Assembly (NCBI GenBank): GCA_943371745.1
Contig: CALRWE010000001.1
Span: 14,290 to 78,289, forward strand
Origin: Rhodoferax sp. OV413
GTDB lineage: Bacteria > Pseudomonadota > Gammaproteobacteria > Burkholderiales > Burkholderiaceae_C
Direction: 5' to 3'
DNA length: 64,000 nt
Position numbers and translations under genes: made by a program. A model generated the notes under the pieces. The model was not told where the DNA came from and searched no databases. It saw nothing but the letters and a program-made list of their open reading frames with translations. This document shows, in pieces, positions 62,623 through 64,000 of the stretch. Each line of letters opens with the position of its first letter. Position 1 is the stretch's first letter.

Positions 62623-64000
62623 ATGGCCATGCGCTCCCACTATTGCGGTCTTGTGACCGAAGCCCTGTTGGGTGAAACCGTGACCCTGTGTGGTTGGGTC
62701 AACCGCCGCCGTGACCACGGCGGTGTGATTTTTGTAGATGTCCGCGACCGCGAAGGCTATGTGCAAGTGGTGTGCGACCCGGACCGTGCCGATATGTTCA
62801 AGACGGCCGAAGGTATTCGCAACGAGTTTTGCATTCAGATCAAAGGCTTGGTGCGTGCCCGCCCGGATGGCACCACCAACGAGAACCTCAAGAGCGGCAA
62901 GATTGAGGTGCTGTGCCATGAGCTGACCGTGCTGAATCCATCGGTCACACCGCCTTTTCAGCTGGATGACGAGAACCTGAGCGAGACCACACGCCTGACA
63001 CACCGGGTACTGGACTTGCGCCGCCCGTACATGCAAAACAACCTGATGCTGCGCTACCGCGTGTCCATGGAAGTACGCAAGTTTCTGGATGCCAATGGGT
63101 TCATCGACATCGAAACGCCCATGCTCGGCAAATCCACGCCGGAAGGTGCGCGCGACTACCTCGTGCCCAGCCGGGTTCACGAAGGTCACTTTTTTGCTTT
63201 GCCCCAAAGCCCCCAGTTGTTCAAGCAGCTGCTGATGGTGGCCGGTTATGACCGCTACTACCAGATCACCAAGTGCTTCCGGGATGAAGACCTGCGCGCG
63301 GATCGTCAACCCGAGTTCACCCAGATTGATATCGAGACTTCGTTTCTGAGCGAGCAGGAAATCCGGGACATGTTCCAGGGCATGATCACCACGGTATTCA
63401 AAAACACGTTGGGTGTGGACCTGGGTGAGTTCCCGGTGATGACTTTCCAGGAGGCGGCACATCGCTATGGCTCGGACAAACCGGATCTGCGGGTCAAGCT
63501 GGAGTTCACTGAACTGACCGATGTCATGACAGACGTCGATTTCAAGGTGTTCGCAGGAGCGGCCACCATGAAGGGCGGTCGAGTGGTTGGCCTTCGCGTT
63601 CCGGGCGGCGCACGGGAAACCGGGGGCTTGAGCCGCGGCGAGATTGATGCCTACACCGAGTTCGTCAAAATTTACGGCGCCAAAGGCTTGGCTTACATCA
63701 AGGTCAATGAGTTGGCCAAAGGCCGCGACGGCCTGCAAAGCCCCATCGTCAAGAACATTCACGACAAGGCCTTGGCGGATGTGCTGGCTCGCACGGGCGC
63801 ACAGGATGGCGACCTGATTTTCTTTGGCGCCGACAAGGCCAAGATCGTCAATGACGCCATCGGTGCCTTGCGCATCAAGATCGGCCACAGCGAGTTTGGC
63901 AAGAAGAATGGTCTGTTTGAGAAGGCCTGGCGCCCCATGTGGGTGGTTGACTTCCCGATGTTCGAGTTCGACGAAGAGGCGCAGCGCTACTCGGCCGTGC
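62623..64000 (+). CDS. aspS: Aspartyl-tRNA synthetase, N-terminal ~459 codons (runs off the window)
   Basis: The plus-strand frame from the ATG at 62623 gives [50 protein letters not shown]. It continues to class II motifs ([41 protein letters not shown]). The frame is open to the window end. Confidence 0.95.
   Translation, partial: MAMRSHYCGLVTEALLGETVTLCGWVNRRRDHGGVIFVDVRDREGYVQVVCDPDRADMFKTAEGIRNEFCIQIKGLVRARPDGTTNENLKSGKIEVLCHELTVLNPSVTPPFQLDDENLSETTRLTHRVLDLRRPYMQNNLMLRYRVSMEVRKFLDANGFIDIETPMLGKSTPEGARDYLVPSRVHEGHFFALPQSPQLFKQLLMVAGYDRYYQITKCFRDEDLRADRQPEFTQIDIETSFLSEQEIRDMFQGMITTVFKNTLGVDLGEFPVMTFQEAAHRYGSDKPDLRVKLEFTELTDVMTDVDFKVFAGAATMKGGRVVGLRVPGGARETGGLSRGEIDAYTEFVKIYGAKGLAYIKVNELAKGRDGLQSPIVKNIHDKALADVLARTGAQDGDLIFFGADKAKIVNDAIGALRIKIGHSEFGKKNGLFEKAWRPMWVVDFPMFEFDEEAQRYSAV

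Overview
This is a high-GC proteobacterial chromosome segment. Gene content and order suggest a betaproteobacterium, probably Burkholderiales/Comamonadaceae; that is my inference and no search was run. Most of the window is densely packed core genes:
- mscL (5' part), petABC, sspAB, tRNA-Thr, a DciA-like ORF, an M23 peptidase, secA, argJ, a DUF815 ATPase and a Nudix hydrolase.
- yacG-zapD-coaE-pilDCB on the minus strand, then tRNA-Pro and ispB.
- rplU-rpmA-obg-proB, a CNP1-like gene, rppH, proS, a lytic transglycosylase, grxD, slyD, a DUF502 gene, prmC and prfA.
- hemA, two membrane proteins, ugpBAECQ, a 1301-aa FAD/Fe-S fusion oxidoreductase, a HIT protein, then DUF971-ubiE-Tim44-like-ubiJ-ubiB, an FmdB zinc ribbon, a second DUF502 gene and aspS (5' part).

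The one clearly accessory region is a plus-strand locus of about 15.9 kb (28894-44744) sitting between prfA and hemA. It encodes a second type IV filament machine of the MSHA/T2SS-like kind:
- an ExeA/MshM-like AAA ATPase with a SPOR domain, a lipoprotein secretin and a TPR protein;
- a GspE-type ATPase with a c-di-GMP-type MshEN motif, and a GspF platform protein;
- four poorly recognisable envelope or small membrane proteins;
- a REC+Fis-HTH response regulator and a histidine kinase;
- four prepilin-type proteins.

I saw no integrase, transposase, CRISPR array or rRNA. Other signals are a Pho-box-like triple repeat upstream of ugpB, a family of AT-rich intergenic repeats (at least 4 copies) and several intrinsic terminators. 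All calls rest on reading the ORF translations and the DNA by eye. No database search was run, so family names are recognition-based.
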